Part shown: piece after piece, positions 9,637 through 19,012 of the stretch
How positions within the stretch are numbered: position 1 is the stretch's first letter
How the letters are laid out: each line of letters opens with the position of its first letter
From: Candidatus Levyibacteriota bacterium
GTDB taxonomy: Bacteria > Patescibacteriota > Microgenomatia > Levybacterales > UBA12049
NCBI GenBank assembly: GCA_003173895.1
Contig: PJMG01000022.1
Coordinates: forward strand, 3,454 to 67,453
DNA: 64,000 nt
Direction: 5' to 3'
The notes under the pieces: generated by a model
Told to the model about the DNA's origin: nothing
What the model saw: only the letters and a program-made list of their open reading frames with translations
The model's database searches: none
Program-made: the position numbers and the translations under genes

Positions 9637-10359
9637 ATGTCGGAACAAGAGATTTCTATCCCACCAATAATTAGAAGTGTTGCTAAATTTGAAGCACGAC
9701 TAAGTGAGGACCAAACTAGCACTAAATTTATTTTAAGTAGGATAATCAGTACAGAAGAGGAGAATACTTTATCTCGGCTAGTAACACAGTATGATAAAGC
9801 AGATTACTTAAATATGGAAAGATGGCCCACATCTTTAATTGGTACGTATTTACAAGCAGGAGATACCAGTGTACTTAGGTATTTGCGTAGGGCGGGAAGT
9901 AAAAGGGGATCTAAAAATATAATATTACCTACCGAAGGTACAGTTATTGTAAGTATTTCTGAAGAGATATCTAATGAAGATTTAAGAAATTTAAGAAATA
10001 TGGATAGTTCAAAAGCATACCAAGAATTAAACGTTAGGAAGTGGCCTTTCTCTTTAATCGCTTATGTTATAGGTAAGGGAAATGAAGAGAGTGTTGATCG
10101 AAATATACGAGTAGTAAGAAGTCGTAGTAGAAGAACAGTTAAGGAACAGAAACCTACTACTACTAGTACTAATGAGATAGAAAGAATTTTGCAACTTGAA
10201 GAAGTATTTCAACAGTTAGAGTCTATACCAACCAAAAGGCAAATTATTGATTTAATGAAATCAAAATTCCCTACTTATTCAGTTGATATCTTAACGGATG
10301 ATTTAATAAAATTTATATTTGAATTCTATAATTATGATGATATAGACGAATTAGATTAA
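9637..10359 (+). CDS. Hypothetical protein with an internal duplication (R/KWPxSLI..Y..G motif repeated twice)
   Basis: 240-aa ORF with no recognisable domain. The segment ERWPTSLIGTYLQAGD is repeated as RKWPFSLIAYVIGKGN. GC content is visibly higher than in neighbouring genes. Confidence 0.5.
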   Translation: MSEQEISIPPIIRSVAKFEARLSEDQTSTKFILSRIISTEEENTLSRLVTQYDKADYLNMERWPTSLIGTYLQAGDTSVLRYLRRAGSKRGSKNIILPTEGTVIVSISEEISNEDLRNLRNMDSSKAYQELNVRKWPFSLIAYVIGKGNEESVDRNIRVVRSRSRRTVKEQKPTTTSTNEIERILQLEEVFQQLESIPTKRQIIDLMKSKFPTYSVDILTDDLIKFIFEFYNYDDIDELD

Positions 10360-10961
10360 ATTAATATCTCTTCTAAGTGGCTTATATTCCCAACTTTTTC
10401 AAGTTTATACAAATTATTATTTTTATTTAAAACTGTAACTGAACATTCTAAGATTTCTACATAATTAACTCTATTAGAATAATTTTCGACAATTGGCAAT
10501 CTGGCTTCTGAGAAATTATTTAATAAAAAATCCCCAATTGCTCCTCCATGAGTAACCACCAAAATATTATTTTCTAATTCTGCTTCTTCAATTTCATCCA
10601 GCACTGCTTTTATCCGATTTCCAGTTTCAATAGATGAATCACCCGGTGTTGGCTTATAGTTTCGATCTTTGTCTGATTTTTCCCATTCTATTATAAAATC
10701 TTCAAACTTTTGGTCCGGTTTATCTCCCCAATTCATTCTTTCTTTTAATCTGCTATCCGTTTTAAAATCTAAATTGATTTTTTTACTAATTATTCCGGCA
10801 GTCATTTGCGTACGTTTCAATGGGCTGGCGAAAATCTGAGAAATATTTTTATTTTTTAGGAATTCTCCAGTCATTTCGGCTTGTTTTATTCCAATTTCTG
10901 ACAAAGATGGATCACCTATTAAATTTTCTTTTTGTCCATGTCTGACTAAATAAATTTTCAT
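10356..10961 (-). CDS. Histidine phosphatase family protein (phosphoglycerate-mutase-like)
   Basis: N-terminus IYLVRHGQKE carries the RHG catalytic motif. A later HGG occurs in ...VVTHGGAIGDF. About 200 aa. Confidence 0.75.
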   Translation of the reverse strand: MKIYLVRHGQKENLIGDPSLSEIGIKQAEMTGEFLKNKNISQIFASPLKRTQMTAGIISKKINLDFKTDSRLKERMNWGDKPDQKFEDFIIEWEKSDKDRNYKPTPGDSSIETGNRIKAVLDEIEEAELENNILVVTHGGAIGDFLLNNFSEARLPIVENYSNRVNYVEILECSVTVLNKNNNLYKLEKVGNISHLEEILI

Positions 10962-10968
10962 AAGATTA

Positions 10969-11721
10969 TTAAAGTATAAATTTCTCTATTACATCTGCTA
11001 CGCCGTCATTTTCTACACTTGGTGCTATGTAATCAGCTATGGCTTTTAAATCTTCCACTGCATTTCCCATAGCGACTTTTAAACCACACGCCATAAATAG
11101 GGGAAAATCATTATAATGATCTCCAATAGCTATAATTTCTTTATTAGATATATTAAGTAGTTCTGCAAATTTTAAAACTGCATGCTGTTTAGTCGCAGTT
11201 CCATTAGTAATATATACATCTACTAAACCTGCGCCTGTATATGTGCCGGCTTTACCAATTTTAAGCGTAGGGAATACTTTTTGAACTGAATCAATGAGTT
11301 TTTCTGCTTCATTATTTTTCAAACCAAAAATTACAAATTTAAATATTTTTAAATTTTTTTTAAAAGATTTTGGGCTATTTAAGATCTCTCTAGATAAATC
11401 AACATTAAATTTATTATATTTTTTAGCGATTTTAAGTATTTTTGAGGCCAAATCAAATGGAATTATAGATTCATAAATAATTTTTCTATTTTTAATGTCG
11501 TAAATTTCTCCACCGTTATTAATAATAATTGGAGAAACTAAAGGCACTTCCGGAATTAAATATGAGAGCATGGGATAAGGCCTACCAGATGCCACACTGA
11601 AAATTATTCCTTTATCTGTAGCCTTTTTAATGGCTTCTTTTACTTTTAGAGTAGGTTTAGCTTCAGGATGAGAAATAGTTAATGTTCCATCAATATCTGA
11701 AATAATAGCTTTATATTGCAT
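10969..11721 (-). CDS. HAD-superfamily hydrolase, Cof-like (HAD-IIB)
   Basis: Start is most likely MQYKAIISDIDGTL (DxDGT motif I), with GDHYND...GNA as motif IV. The track ORF extends 22 codons further (to 11787), but that extension would overlap the tuf terminator hairpin. Confidence 0.75.
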   Translation of the reverse strand: MQYKAIISDIDGTLTISHPEAKPTLKVKEAIKKATDKGIIFSVASGRPYPMLSYLIPEVPLVSPIIINNGGEIYDIKNRKIIYESIIPFDLASKILKIAKKYNKFNVDLSREILNSPKSFKKNLKIFKFVIFGLKNNEAEKLIDSVQKVFPTLKIGKAGTYTGAGLVDVYITNGTATKQHAVLKFAELLNISNKEIIAIGDHYNDFPLFMACGLKVAMGNAVEDLKAIADYIAPSVENDGVADVIEKFIL

Positions 11722-11734
11722 GTAGAAATTATAA

Positions 11735-11754
11735 CAAAAACCGCCTTGCGGCGG
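11735..11754 (-). terminator. Rho-independent terminator downstream of tuf
   Basis: Minus strand reads CCGCCGCAAGGCGG followed by TTTTTG, 49 nt after the tuf stop. Confidence 0.7.
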
Positions 11755-11802
11755 ATAAGTTTTAATAAGATCCTGAAATAAATTCAAGATAACAATTTAT
11801 AA

Positions 11803-12987
11803 TTATGCTAAGATTTTAGTGATAACACCAGCTCCTACTGTTTTTCCACCTTCGCGGATAGCAAATCTAAGACCTTCTTCTAGAGCAATTGGAACGATAA
11901 GTTCTACTGTCATTACTGTATTATCACCTGGCATAACCATTTCTACGCCTTCTTTTAACTTTACTGTGCCAGTAACATCAGTAGTTCTGATATAGAATTG
12001 TGGTCTGTAATTATTAAAGAATGGAGTATGACGTCCACCTTCTTCTTTAGAAAGAACATAAACTTCAGCTTCAAATTTAGTATGAGGAGTAACACTACCT
12101 GGTTTAGCTATAACTTGACCTCTTTCTACCTGATCTTTTTCAACTCCTCTGATTAATAAACCAACATTATCTCCTGCTTGTCCTTCATCAAGAGATTTCT
12201 TAAACATTTCAACTCCAGTAACTACAGTTGGTTGAGTTGGTTTGATTCCAATGATTTCAACAGCATCATTAACTTTTACTATTCCTCTTTCGATTCTTCC
12301 TGTTACTACTGTTCCACGACCTTTAATAGAGAAAACATCTTCTACAGGCATTAAGAATGGTTTGTCCAAAGGTCTAACTGGAGTTGGAATATAACTATCA
12401 ACGGCATCCATAAGTTCCATAATCTTCTTTTCATATTCTGGATCACCCTCTAATGCTTTAAGAGAAGAACCACGAATAATTGGTACATCATTTCCTGGAT
12501 ATTGATACTTAGTTAAAAGTTCACGAACTTCCATTTCTACTAAATCTAGAAGTTCTGGATCTTGAACCATATCACATTTATTTAAGTAAACTACAATAGC
12601 TGGAACTCCTACTTGGCGAGCTAAGAGAATATGTTCGCGAGTTTGAGGCATTGGACCATCTGGCGCTGAAACTACTAAAATAGCTCCATCCATTTGAGCA
12701 GCCCCTGTAATCATGTTCTTAATGTAATCAGCATGTCCTGGAGCATCAATATGAGCATAGTGTCTTTTAGCTGTTTCATATTCTATGTGAGAAATATTAA
12801 TAGTAACTCCTCTAGCTTTTTCCTCTGGGGCATTATCAATATCTTCATATTTTTTAGCTGCTGCTAAACCTTGCTTTGCTAAAACTGTAGCAATAGCTGC
12901 TGTAGTAGTAGTTTTACCATGGTCTACATGACCGATAGTTCCAATATTTACATGAGGTTTTGATCTTACGTATTTTGTATCTGCCAT
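11803..12987 (-). CDS. tuf: Elongation factor Tu
   Basis: 394 aa with [17 protein letters not shown] and NKCD GTPase motifs. Near-canonical EF-Tu. Confidence 0.97.
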   Translation of the reverse strand: MADTKYVRSKPHVNIGTIGHVDHGKTTTTAAIATVLAKQGLAAAKKYEDIDNAPEEKARGVTINISHIEYETAKRHYAHIDAPGHADYIKNMITGAAQMDGAILVVSAPDGPMPQTREHILLARQVGVPAIVVYLNKCDMVQDPELLDLVEMEVRELLTKYQYPGNDVPIIRGSSLKALEGDPEYEKKIMELMDAVDSYIPTPVRPLDKPFLMPVEDVFSIKGRGTVVTGRIERGIVKVNDAVEIIGIKPTQPTVVTGVEMFKKSLDEGQAGDNVGLLIRGVEKDQVERGQVIAKPGSVTPHTKFEAEVYVLSKEEGGRHTPFFNNYRPQFYIRTTDVTGTVKLKEGVEMVMPGDNTVMTVELIVPIALEEGLRFAIREGGKTVGAGVITKILA

Positions 12988-13003
12988 ATTTTTAAAAAAT
13001 AAT

Positions 13004-13023
13004 GTCTCAAAAACTTTTGAGAC
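13004..13023 (-). promoter_or_regulatory. Hairpin plus U-tract in the tuf 5' leader, 16 nt upstream of the ATG
   Basis: Minus strand reads GTCTCAAAAGTTTTTGAGAC followed by ATTATTTTTTAAAAAT and then the ATG. This gives an 8-bp stem and a 4-nt loop. No Shine-Dalgarno sequence is present. Confidence 0.4.
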
Positions 13024-13115
13024 TAAGAGAATAATACTATATTCTTACTTCTTCGTCAATACTTTTTTTATACTTTCTTTATTTTTCTATATTTTGATAT
13101 ACTTTGTATTAAATC

Positions 13116-14105
13116 ATGATAGAACTTTTAAAAACAACTGGTTGGGAAGATTATGAACTTTTAGACAGTGGCGATGGATATCGTTTGGAACGATTTGGCA
13201 AATATGTTTTACAAAGACCAGATCCACAGATTATTTGGAAAAAGAAATTGCCAAACCTTTGGGATAAAGCTGACGCAATTTTTAAAAGAGACACTTCAGA
13301 TAAAGGGCATTGGGTTAAAAAAAATTCACAAATGCCAAACAATTGGCAAATAAACTATAAAAATCTAAAATTTATTTTAAAATTAACGAATTTTAAACAC
13401 ACCGGCGTCTTCCCAGAACAGCATTTAATGTGGGATTTTATTTCAGATGCAATTAGTACAAGAATATCAGAAGGGGTGACAAACAAGGGAGGGCTCCCGA
13501 TGGCGCGCAGTGGTTTAATTGCGAAGCAATTACCTAACGAGCACCAACGGGAAGGAAATGTTTGGCAGGACCCCGACGGAAACCAAATAAATATTCTTAA
13601 TCTTTTCGCTTATACAGGAATCTCTACTATTGTTGCAGCAAGTGCTGGCGCAAAAGTTACACACATAGATGCTAGTAAACCTACTATTACGTGGGCTCAC
13701 GAAAATCAAAAAGCTTCAAATTTAGATGACAAACTAATTCGTTGGATTTTAGATGACGCTACTAAATTCGTTCAGAGAGAAATTAAACGAGGTATTAAAT
13801 ATGATGGAATTATTATGGATCCACCAGTTTTCGGTCATGGACCAGATGGAAGCATGTGGAAATTTAATGAAAGTTTTCCAAAACTTTTAACTTTAGTTAA
13901 ACAAGTTTTATCAGATAAACCTTTATTTATAATTATTAATGCTTATGCCATTTCTTCTTCAGCTCTTATGCTCAAAAATGTAATGGAAGATTATTTTTCA
14001 GATTTAGATGGTAAATTTGAAGTAGGAGAATTAGTTTTATTAGAAAGCAAAAACAAACGTCCACTTTCAACTGGTATTTTCGGCAGGTGGAGTTTTTCTA
14101 ATTAA
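13116..14105 (+). CDS. Class I SAM-dependent methyltransferase (putative rRNA methyltransferase, RlmI/YccW-like)
   Basis: 329 aa. Contains a Rossmann SAM-binding stretch (LFAYTGISTIVAASAGAKVTHIDAS) and a DPPxF catalytic motif (IIMDPPVFG). Confidence 0.6.
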   Translation: MIELLKTTGWEDYELLDSGDGYRLERFGKYVLQRPDPQIIWKKKLPNLWDKADAIFKRDTSDKGHWVKKNSQMPNNWQINYKNLKFILKLTNFKHTGVFPEQHLMWDFISDAISTRISEGVTNKGGLPMARSGLIAKQLPNEHQREGNVWQDPDGNQINILNLFAYTGISTIVAASAGAKVTHIDASKPTITWAHENQKASNLDDKLIRWILDDATKFVQREIKRGIKYDGIIMDPPVFGHGPDGSMWKFNESFPKLLTLVKQVLSDKPLFIIINAYAISSSALMLKNVMEDYFSDLDGKFEVGELVLLESKNKRPLSTGIFGRWSFSN

Positions 14106-14759
14106 AAAATATTCTTCCTTAGGTAATTTATTAAGCCATCTTAAATTTTTTTCTACGTCAATCAATTGAGATTTATGACAATTAATGGCTTTAATTTTTT
14201 TATCCCAAACATCTTTAATATCTATAATATTGTCTATTTCTGATTTTTTATATCCATTAGGAAAATAAATAAAATAATCTTTTAACTCATCTTTTAAAGT
14301 ATTATTAAAAATTTCACTATGACAAAAATACCAAATTTCTGAAGCTAATTTTTTACTTTCAACAATGTAGGTGGTTATCATCGACACTGCTATATGATCT
14401 AAATGTCCGGATAAGCCATGCATTTCAAAGGTAATTATAATTTCTGCTTTTAATTTTTTTAAAACATTTTCAATTTTCGCTGCAATTTCATGATAAAGAT
14501 TATTATTTAATTCACCATCTTTAAAATCTAAGAAAAATACTTTTTTTATTCCTAGTATCTTAGCCGATTTTTCTAATTCTTTCTGGCGAATTTGGCCTAA
14601 GTTTCCATTTTTAATTAGACAATCACCGATAGTAGCATCTCCATTAGTTACACAAATAATATAAACATCATGAGTTTGGGATAATAAAGCAAGGGTTCCA
14701 CCTGGTCCCATGGCTTCATCATCTGGATGGGCGAAAATTCCAACTATTACTTTTTTCAT
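14067..14759 (-). CDS. PIG-L/LmbE-family N-acetylglucosaminyl deacetylase
   Basis: N-terminal AHPDDE motif (IFAHPDDEAMGPGGT), plus later His and Asp residues. The 3' end overlaps the convergent methyltransferase gene by 39 nt. Confidence 0.75.
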   Translation of the reverse strand: MKKVIVGIFAHPDDEAMGPGGTLALLSQTHDVYIICVTNGDATIGDCLIKNGNLGQIRQKELEKSAKILGIKKVFFLDFKDGELNNNLYHEIAAKIENVLKKLKAEIIITFEMHGLSGHLDHIAVSMITTYIVESKKLASEIWYFCHSEIFNNTLKDELKDYFIYFPNGYKKSEIDNIIDIKDVWDKKIKAINCHKSQLIDVEKNLRWLNKLPKEEYFLIRKTPPAENTS

Positions 14760-14767
14760 ACTAAAAA

Positions 14768-14815
14768 CCTCCCATATGGGAGGTCAAAATAAATATAAAA
14801 TAAACCTCCCGTTTA
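14768..14815 (-). promoter_or_regulatory. Candidate SD-sequestering RNA switch in the PIG-L 5' leader
   Basis: Minus strand reads ACGGGAGGTTT...(24 nt)...GACCTCCCATATGGGAGGTTTTTAGTATG. The CCUCCC anti-SD can pair with the SD (GGGAGG, 8 nt from the AUG) or with an upstream GGGAGG copy. Confidence 0.35.
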
Positions 14816-14905
14816 AGAAAGGTTCCCACAACAAAGATTTAATAATTTTTTCATAAATTGATTATATTATATTTAAATTAAGAATTCTATAAAAAAATTT
14901 GTGCT

Positions 14906-15631
14906 TTATTTAATTAAATCTCTAACTTTTTCTACTATTCTTCTATTTACTGATAAATATGCTTCTTGATCTTCAAAAGGAATATCTAAGTTTACGGTAT
15001 GAATACTACTCGTATAACCTCTATCTATTCGTCTACCAAAAGGATAACATAATGAGTAATTAGGATCTATAATTTTAGTTACTTCTTTTTTTGCTTTTCG
15101 AGTCATAGTATCACCTGAAATAACTAAACTATTAATATTATCAAATCCTGCTATAGAAAGAGTGCTATTAATTTTATCCAAACTCTTACCTGTATGAGAA
15201 CAAGTATCTATAATTAGTGTTTTACCTTCTCTATCTGCACCTTTATAAGACTTCATTGCTTCTGAACTTGAATGCGCATAATCTTCAATCCCATTAGGAT
15301 CTATAAACATCATATGAGGAATATTAATTTCTTTAGACTTCTTACCGTCTTTAAGTTGCATATAGTAAAGTGCATGAGAAACTGGAGATGCAATGCCACG
15401 AGCAGAGATATCTACAAATATAATATTATCGTATTTATGTTTTAAAATATATTTTGCAATTTCTAGTGTATAGGAAGCAGCTTTCTCTATTTCCTCTTCA
15501 TCAAAACCTATATTAATAAAATTTTTGCTACTTTCAAACTTTTTACTAAATCTTCCTAATAATTCGCTAAAAAAGTCATCATTTTCTATTGGCATAGAGC
15601 GGATTTTACCATAGTTAGTAGAGAGTTTCAA
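14906..15631 (-). CDS. Phosphoribosyltransferase-like protein (type I PRT fold)
   Basis: 241 aa. LIIDTCSHTGKSL matches the PRPP-binding signature of type I PRTases (hydrophobic-hydrophobic-D-T/D-x-x-x-T-G-x-S). No closer assignment is possible. Confidence 0.5.
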   Translation of the reverse strand: MKLSTNYGKIRSMPIENDDFFSELLGRFSKKFESSKNFINIGFDEEEIEKAASYTLEIAKYILKHKYDNIIFVDISARGIASPVSHALYYMQLKDGKKSKEINIPHMMFIDPNGIEDYAHSSSEAMKSYKGADREGKTLIIDTCSHTGKSLDKINSTLSIAGFDNINSLVISGDTMTRKAKKEVTKIIDPNYSLCYPFGRRIDRGYTSSIHTVNLDIPFEDQEAYLSVNRRIVEKVRDLIK

Positions 15632-15667
15632 TTGAGTTGTTTTAAATTAAACAGATTGGGACATTAT

Positions 15668-17815
15668 TTATTCTACTCTTCCTGTCCAAGTAGACTTAGC
15701 GAGCATTTGAGCAACGATATTCTGAGGTACTTCATCATAATGAGAAGGTTCCATATAATATGATGCGCGACCTTTAGACATAGAGCGAAGCGCTGTAGCA
15801 TATCCCGATAATTCAGAAAGAGGAACCATACCCATGATAATGGTTGCACGAGAACGCTCTTCTGTTCCCATGATTTGTGCACGTTTAGAAGATAGATCGC
15901 CAATCACATCACCCATATATTCAGAAGGTGTAGTGACTTCCACCTTCATGATAGGTTCCAATAAAGTTAACTCTGCTTTTTTAGCAGCTGATTGGAAAGC
16001 CATAGAAGCTGCGATTTTAAATGCCACATCAGATGAATCAACATCATGGTAAGATCCATCATAAAGTGTAACTTTAAGATCTACTACTGGATAACCTAAT
16101 AATGCTCCATTATCCATGGATTCTTTTACACCTTTTTCTACAGAAGTGATAAATTCAGCAGGAATAGCTCCTCCTTTAATAGCATTAACGAATTCGTATC
16201 CTTCACCTCTTAGTTTTGGTTCAAGACGTAAGAAACAATGTCCATATTGTCCTCGACCTCCAGATTGGCGAATGTATTTACCTTCTGCTTCTGCTTGATG
16301 TTTAATAGTTTCTTTGTAGGCTACCTGAGGAGCACCTACATTAGCTAAAACGCCAAATTCTCTTTTCATACGATCCACCATGATTTCCAGTTGTAGTTCT
16401 CCAATTCCTGAAATAATGGTTTGATTAGTTTCGTGGTTAGTTTTAACTTGGAATGTTGGATCTTCTTCCATGAGACGCTTTAATGCAAGTCCCATTTTTT
16501 CCTGATCTATTTTAGTTTTGGGTTCTATAGCTAGAGATATAACTGGTTCTGGAAAAGTGATCTTTTCTAGTACAATAGGATCTTTTTCATCACATAATGT
16601 ATCACCTGTTATAGTATCTTTAAGACCAACTAAAGCTACTATTTCTCCTGCAAATGCCTCTTTAATTTCTTCTCGCTCATTAGCATGCATGAGTAAGATA
16701 CGACCGACTCTTTCTGTTATTCCTTTAGTACTATTAAAGATATAGGAACCAGCGACTACTTTTCCTGAATAAACTCTAAAGTAAGTAAGTTTTCCTACAT
16801 GAGGATCAATTTGAATTTTAAAAGCTAGTCCACAAACTTTTTCATCAGGAATTAATTTTCTTTCTACTTTTTCACCCGTTTTAGGATTATCACCTTTAAC
16901 TATACCCAAATCTTGAGGAGATGGAAGATAATCTATAACAGCATCGAGAAGTGGTTGAACCCCTTTATTTCTTAGTGATGTTCCAGCATAAATAGGAACT
17001 AATTTATAACCGATAACTGCTGCACGTAAAGCTTTTTTAAGAGATTCTACGTCAATTTCTTCTCCAGCTAAATATTTTTCTAAAAGTGCATCATCTGTTT
17101 CAGCTATTTTTTCTACTAATTTCTGACGATATTCTTCTACTTGAGCTTTCATATCCTCTGGAATATTGTCAGAGACTTCATATTTAGCTCCTAATTCATC
17201 AGATCCCCAACGAATAGCTTTTCTAGATAATAAATCAACATTACCCACGTAAGTTGATTCTGCACCAATTGGAAGAACCATAATAGCTGGGTTAGCACCT
17301 AATCTATCTTCTATAGATTTAACTGTAGCTAAAAAGTCAGCACCTAATTTATCCATTTTATTTACAAAACAAAGTCTAGGTACTTTATATTTATCAGCTT
17401 GACGCCAAACAGTTTCTGACTGAGATTGTACTCCTTCTTCAGCATCCAGAACTGTAATACCACCATCGAGAACGCGAAGTGATCGCTCAACTTCAGCTGT
17501 GAAATCCACATGTCCTGGAGTATCAATAATATTGATTCTGTAAGGATTTTTATTTCCCTTTTCTACATCTTGAGTATGTGTCCAGAAAGCTGTAGTAGCA
17601 GCAGATACTATAGTAATACCACGCTCTCTTTCCTGTTCCATCCAGTCCATTTGAGTATTTCCTTCATCGATATCACCTATTTTATGAGATTTTCCAGTAT
17701 AAAAAAGAATTCTTTCAGTAGTAGTAGTTTTACCTGCGTCAATATGAGCGATAATTCCGATATTCCGAATTTTATCTAATTCTGCATGTCTATTGGATGT
17801 TGATTGATCTGCCAT
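15668..17815 (-). CDS. fusA: Elongation factor G
   Basis: Canonical EF-G ([24 protein letters not shown], domains IV and V). The true start is most likely [26 protein letters not shown]. The track ORF begins 12 codons earlier. Confidence 0.95.
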   Translation of the reverse strand: MADQSTSNRHAELDKIRNIGIIAHIDAGKTTTTERILFYTGKSHKIGDIDEGNTQMDWMEQERERGITIVSAATTAFWTHTQDVEKGNKNPYRINIIDTPGHVDFTAEVERSLRVLDGGITVLDAEEGVQSQSETVWRQADKYKVPRLCFVNKMDKLGADFLATVKSIEDRLGANPAIMVLPIGAESTYVGNVDLLSRKAIRWGSDELGAKYEVSDNIPEDMKAQVEEYRQKLVEKIAETDDALLEKYLAGEEIDVESLKKALRAAVIGYKLVPIYAGTSLRNKGVQPLLDAVIDYLPSPQDLGIVKGDNPKTGEKVERKLIPDEKVCGLAFKIQIDPHVGKLTYFRVYSGKVVAGSYIFNSTKGITERVGRILLMHANEREEIKEAFAGEIVALVGLKDTITGDTLCDEKDPIVLEKITFPEPVISLAIEPKTKIDQEKMGLALKRLMEEDPTFQVKTNHETNQTIISGIGELQLEIMVDRMKREFGVLANVGAPQVAYKETIKHQAEAEGKYIRQSGGRGQYGHCFLRLEPKLRGEGYEFVNAIKGGAIPAEFITSVEKGVKESMDNGALLGYPVVDLKVTLYDGSYHDVDSSDVAFKIAASMAFQSAAKKAELTLLEPIMKVEVTTPSEYMGDVIGDLSSKRAQIMGTEERSRATIIMGMVPLSELSGYATALRSMSKGRASYYMEPSHYDEVPQNIVAQMLAKSTWTGRVE

Positions 17816-18136
17816 AATAATAAAAAATTCTAAATATAATATTCCAAACAAATTGTTTAGGATTTATATATTAGGATCAATTAAGTATACCATATTTTTC
17901 TCACTTCTTCTATAATGAATAGTAAATTTATAAAAAGTTTAGTAAACGAATTGAAATATACTTTTTAAACAGCATTGAAAGTTTGCTGTTTAGTGTTTTA
18001 AAATTTAAATCAAGTTTATTAGCAAACTTTCACGAGTGAGAAAAGAAATAAAGCTCTAAATTACAAACCAAGGTTAGCGAACGCCTGTTTAAAAAGTATG
18101 TTTCAATGAGTTTTTTAGAAAACAAATAAAACAACT

Positions 18137-18796
18137 ATGAATAAATTTTTAGCGATTTTAATTATAGTAATAGTTATAATTTTAGGCGGATTTTTTATCT
18201 ATAACAGCCAAAAACAACCACTCTCTAAATATACTTCACCCATAATTAAAATCACCCAAGTCCCTACCTCCACTCAATCTCTAACTCAAACACCACAACC
18301 TAATATCAACACTTCTTGGGTGAGTACTTTATCTGCTGTAGCAATCTCGGCGAATCAAGCCACTATTCATACAGTTAAAGGTAACATTGTTATCCAACTT
18401 TATTCAACTGATGCGCCTAAAACTGTCATGAACTTCGCCACATTGGCTAAATATGGATACTATAATAATTTAACTTTTCATCGAGTTGTTCCTGGTTTTG
18501 TCATTCAAGGAGGAGATCCTAATGGCGATGGAACCGGTGGAGTTAGTATTTATGGATCTACATTTGATGATGAATTATATGCTACTGCTTCCAGTTATCA
18601 AGCTGGTTATTTAGAAGGAGTAGTTGCTATGGCTAATCGTGGACCTAATACCAATGGCTCTCAATTTTTTATTATGTTAGCTGATAATCCAACTTTACCT
18701 AAAAATTATACTATCTTTGGCAAAGTTACCAACGGCATGGATGTAGTTCAAAAGATTCAAATTGGGGATAAAATGACCTCAATAGATGTTAAGTGA
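18137..18796 (+). CDS. ppiB: Cyclophilin-type peptidyl-prolyl cis-trans isomerase, membrane-anchored
   Basis: N-terminal TM segment (FLAILIIVIVIILGGFFIY). Cyclophilin core (FHRVVPGFVIQGGDPNGDGTGG...MANRGPNTNGSQFFI). Confidence 0.88.
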   Translation: MNKFLAILIIVIVIILGGFFIYNSQKQPLSKYTSPIIKITQVPTSTQSLTQTPQPNINTSWVSTLSAVAISANQATIHTVKGNIVIQLYSTDAPKTVMNFATLAKYGYYNNLTFHRVVPGFVIQGGDPNGDGTGGVSIYGSTFDDELYATASSYQAGYLEGVVAMANRGPNTNGSQFFIMLADNPTLPKNYTIFGKVTNGMDVVQKIQIGDKMTSIDVK

Positions 18797-18880
18797 AATT
18801 TATATAAATAATAATTATAGGTTGATATTTTAACAGAAATTGATATAATTATGTCGTTCAAACAAAAGTCTTCAATTAAA

Positions 18881-18904
18881 GACCACCAATTGGTGGTCTT
18901 TTTT
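18881..18904 (+). terminator. Rho-independent terminator
   Basis: GACCACCAATTGGTGGTC is a perfect 7-bp stem. It is followed by TTTTTTG and lies 85 nt downstream of the ppiB stop. Confidence 0.6.
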
Positions 18905-18905
18905 G

Positions 18906-19012
18906 TAGCTAGGGTAGGAGTCGAACCTACGTTGTTGAAAAACTTTGTTCAAACAAAAGTCTTCAAACCGGATAATGAGGCCGGCGCCCTCGACCGCTAT
19001 GCTTACCTAGCC
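18906..19012 (-). tRNA. Anomalous tRNA-like element of 107 nt: intact acceptor and T arms, possible CAU anticodon, poor D arm, 37-nt variable region. Possibly a tRNA pseudogene or a disrupted tRNA.
   Basis: Minus strand 5' GGCTAGG pairs with 3' CCTAGCT (1-72 is G-U). The T arm is GTAGG-TTCGACT-CCTAC. The anticodon-arm candidate is CCGGC-CTCATTA-TCCGG with one mismatch. The 5' acceptor overlaps the last codons of CDS 19003..19707. Confidence 0.35.
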
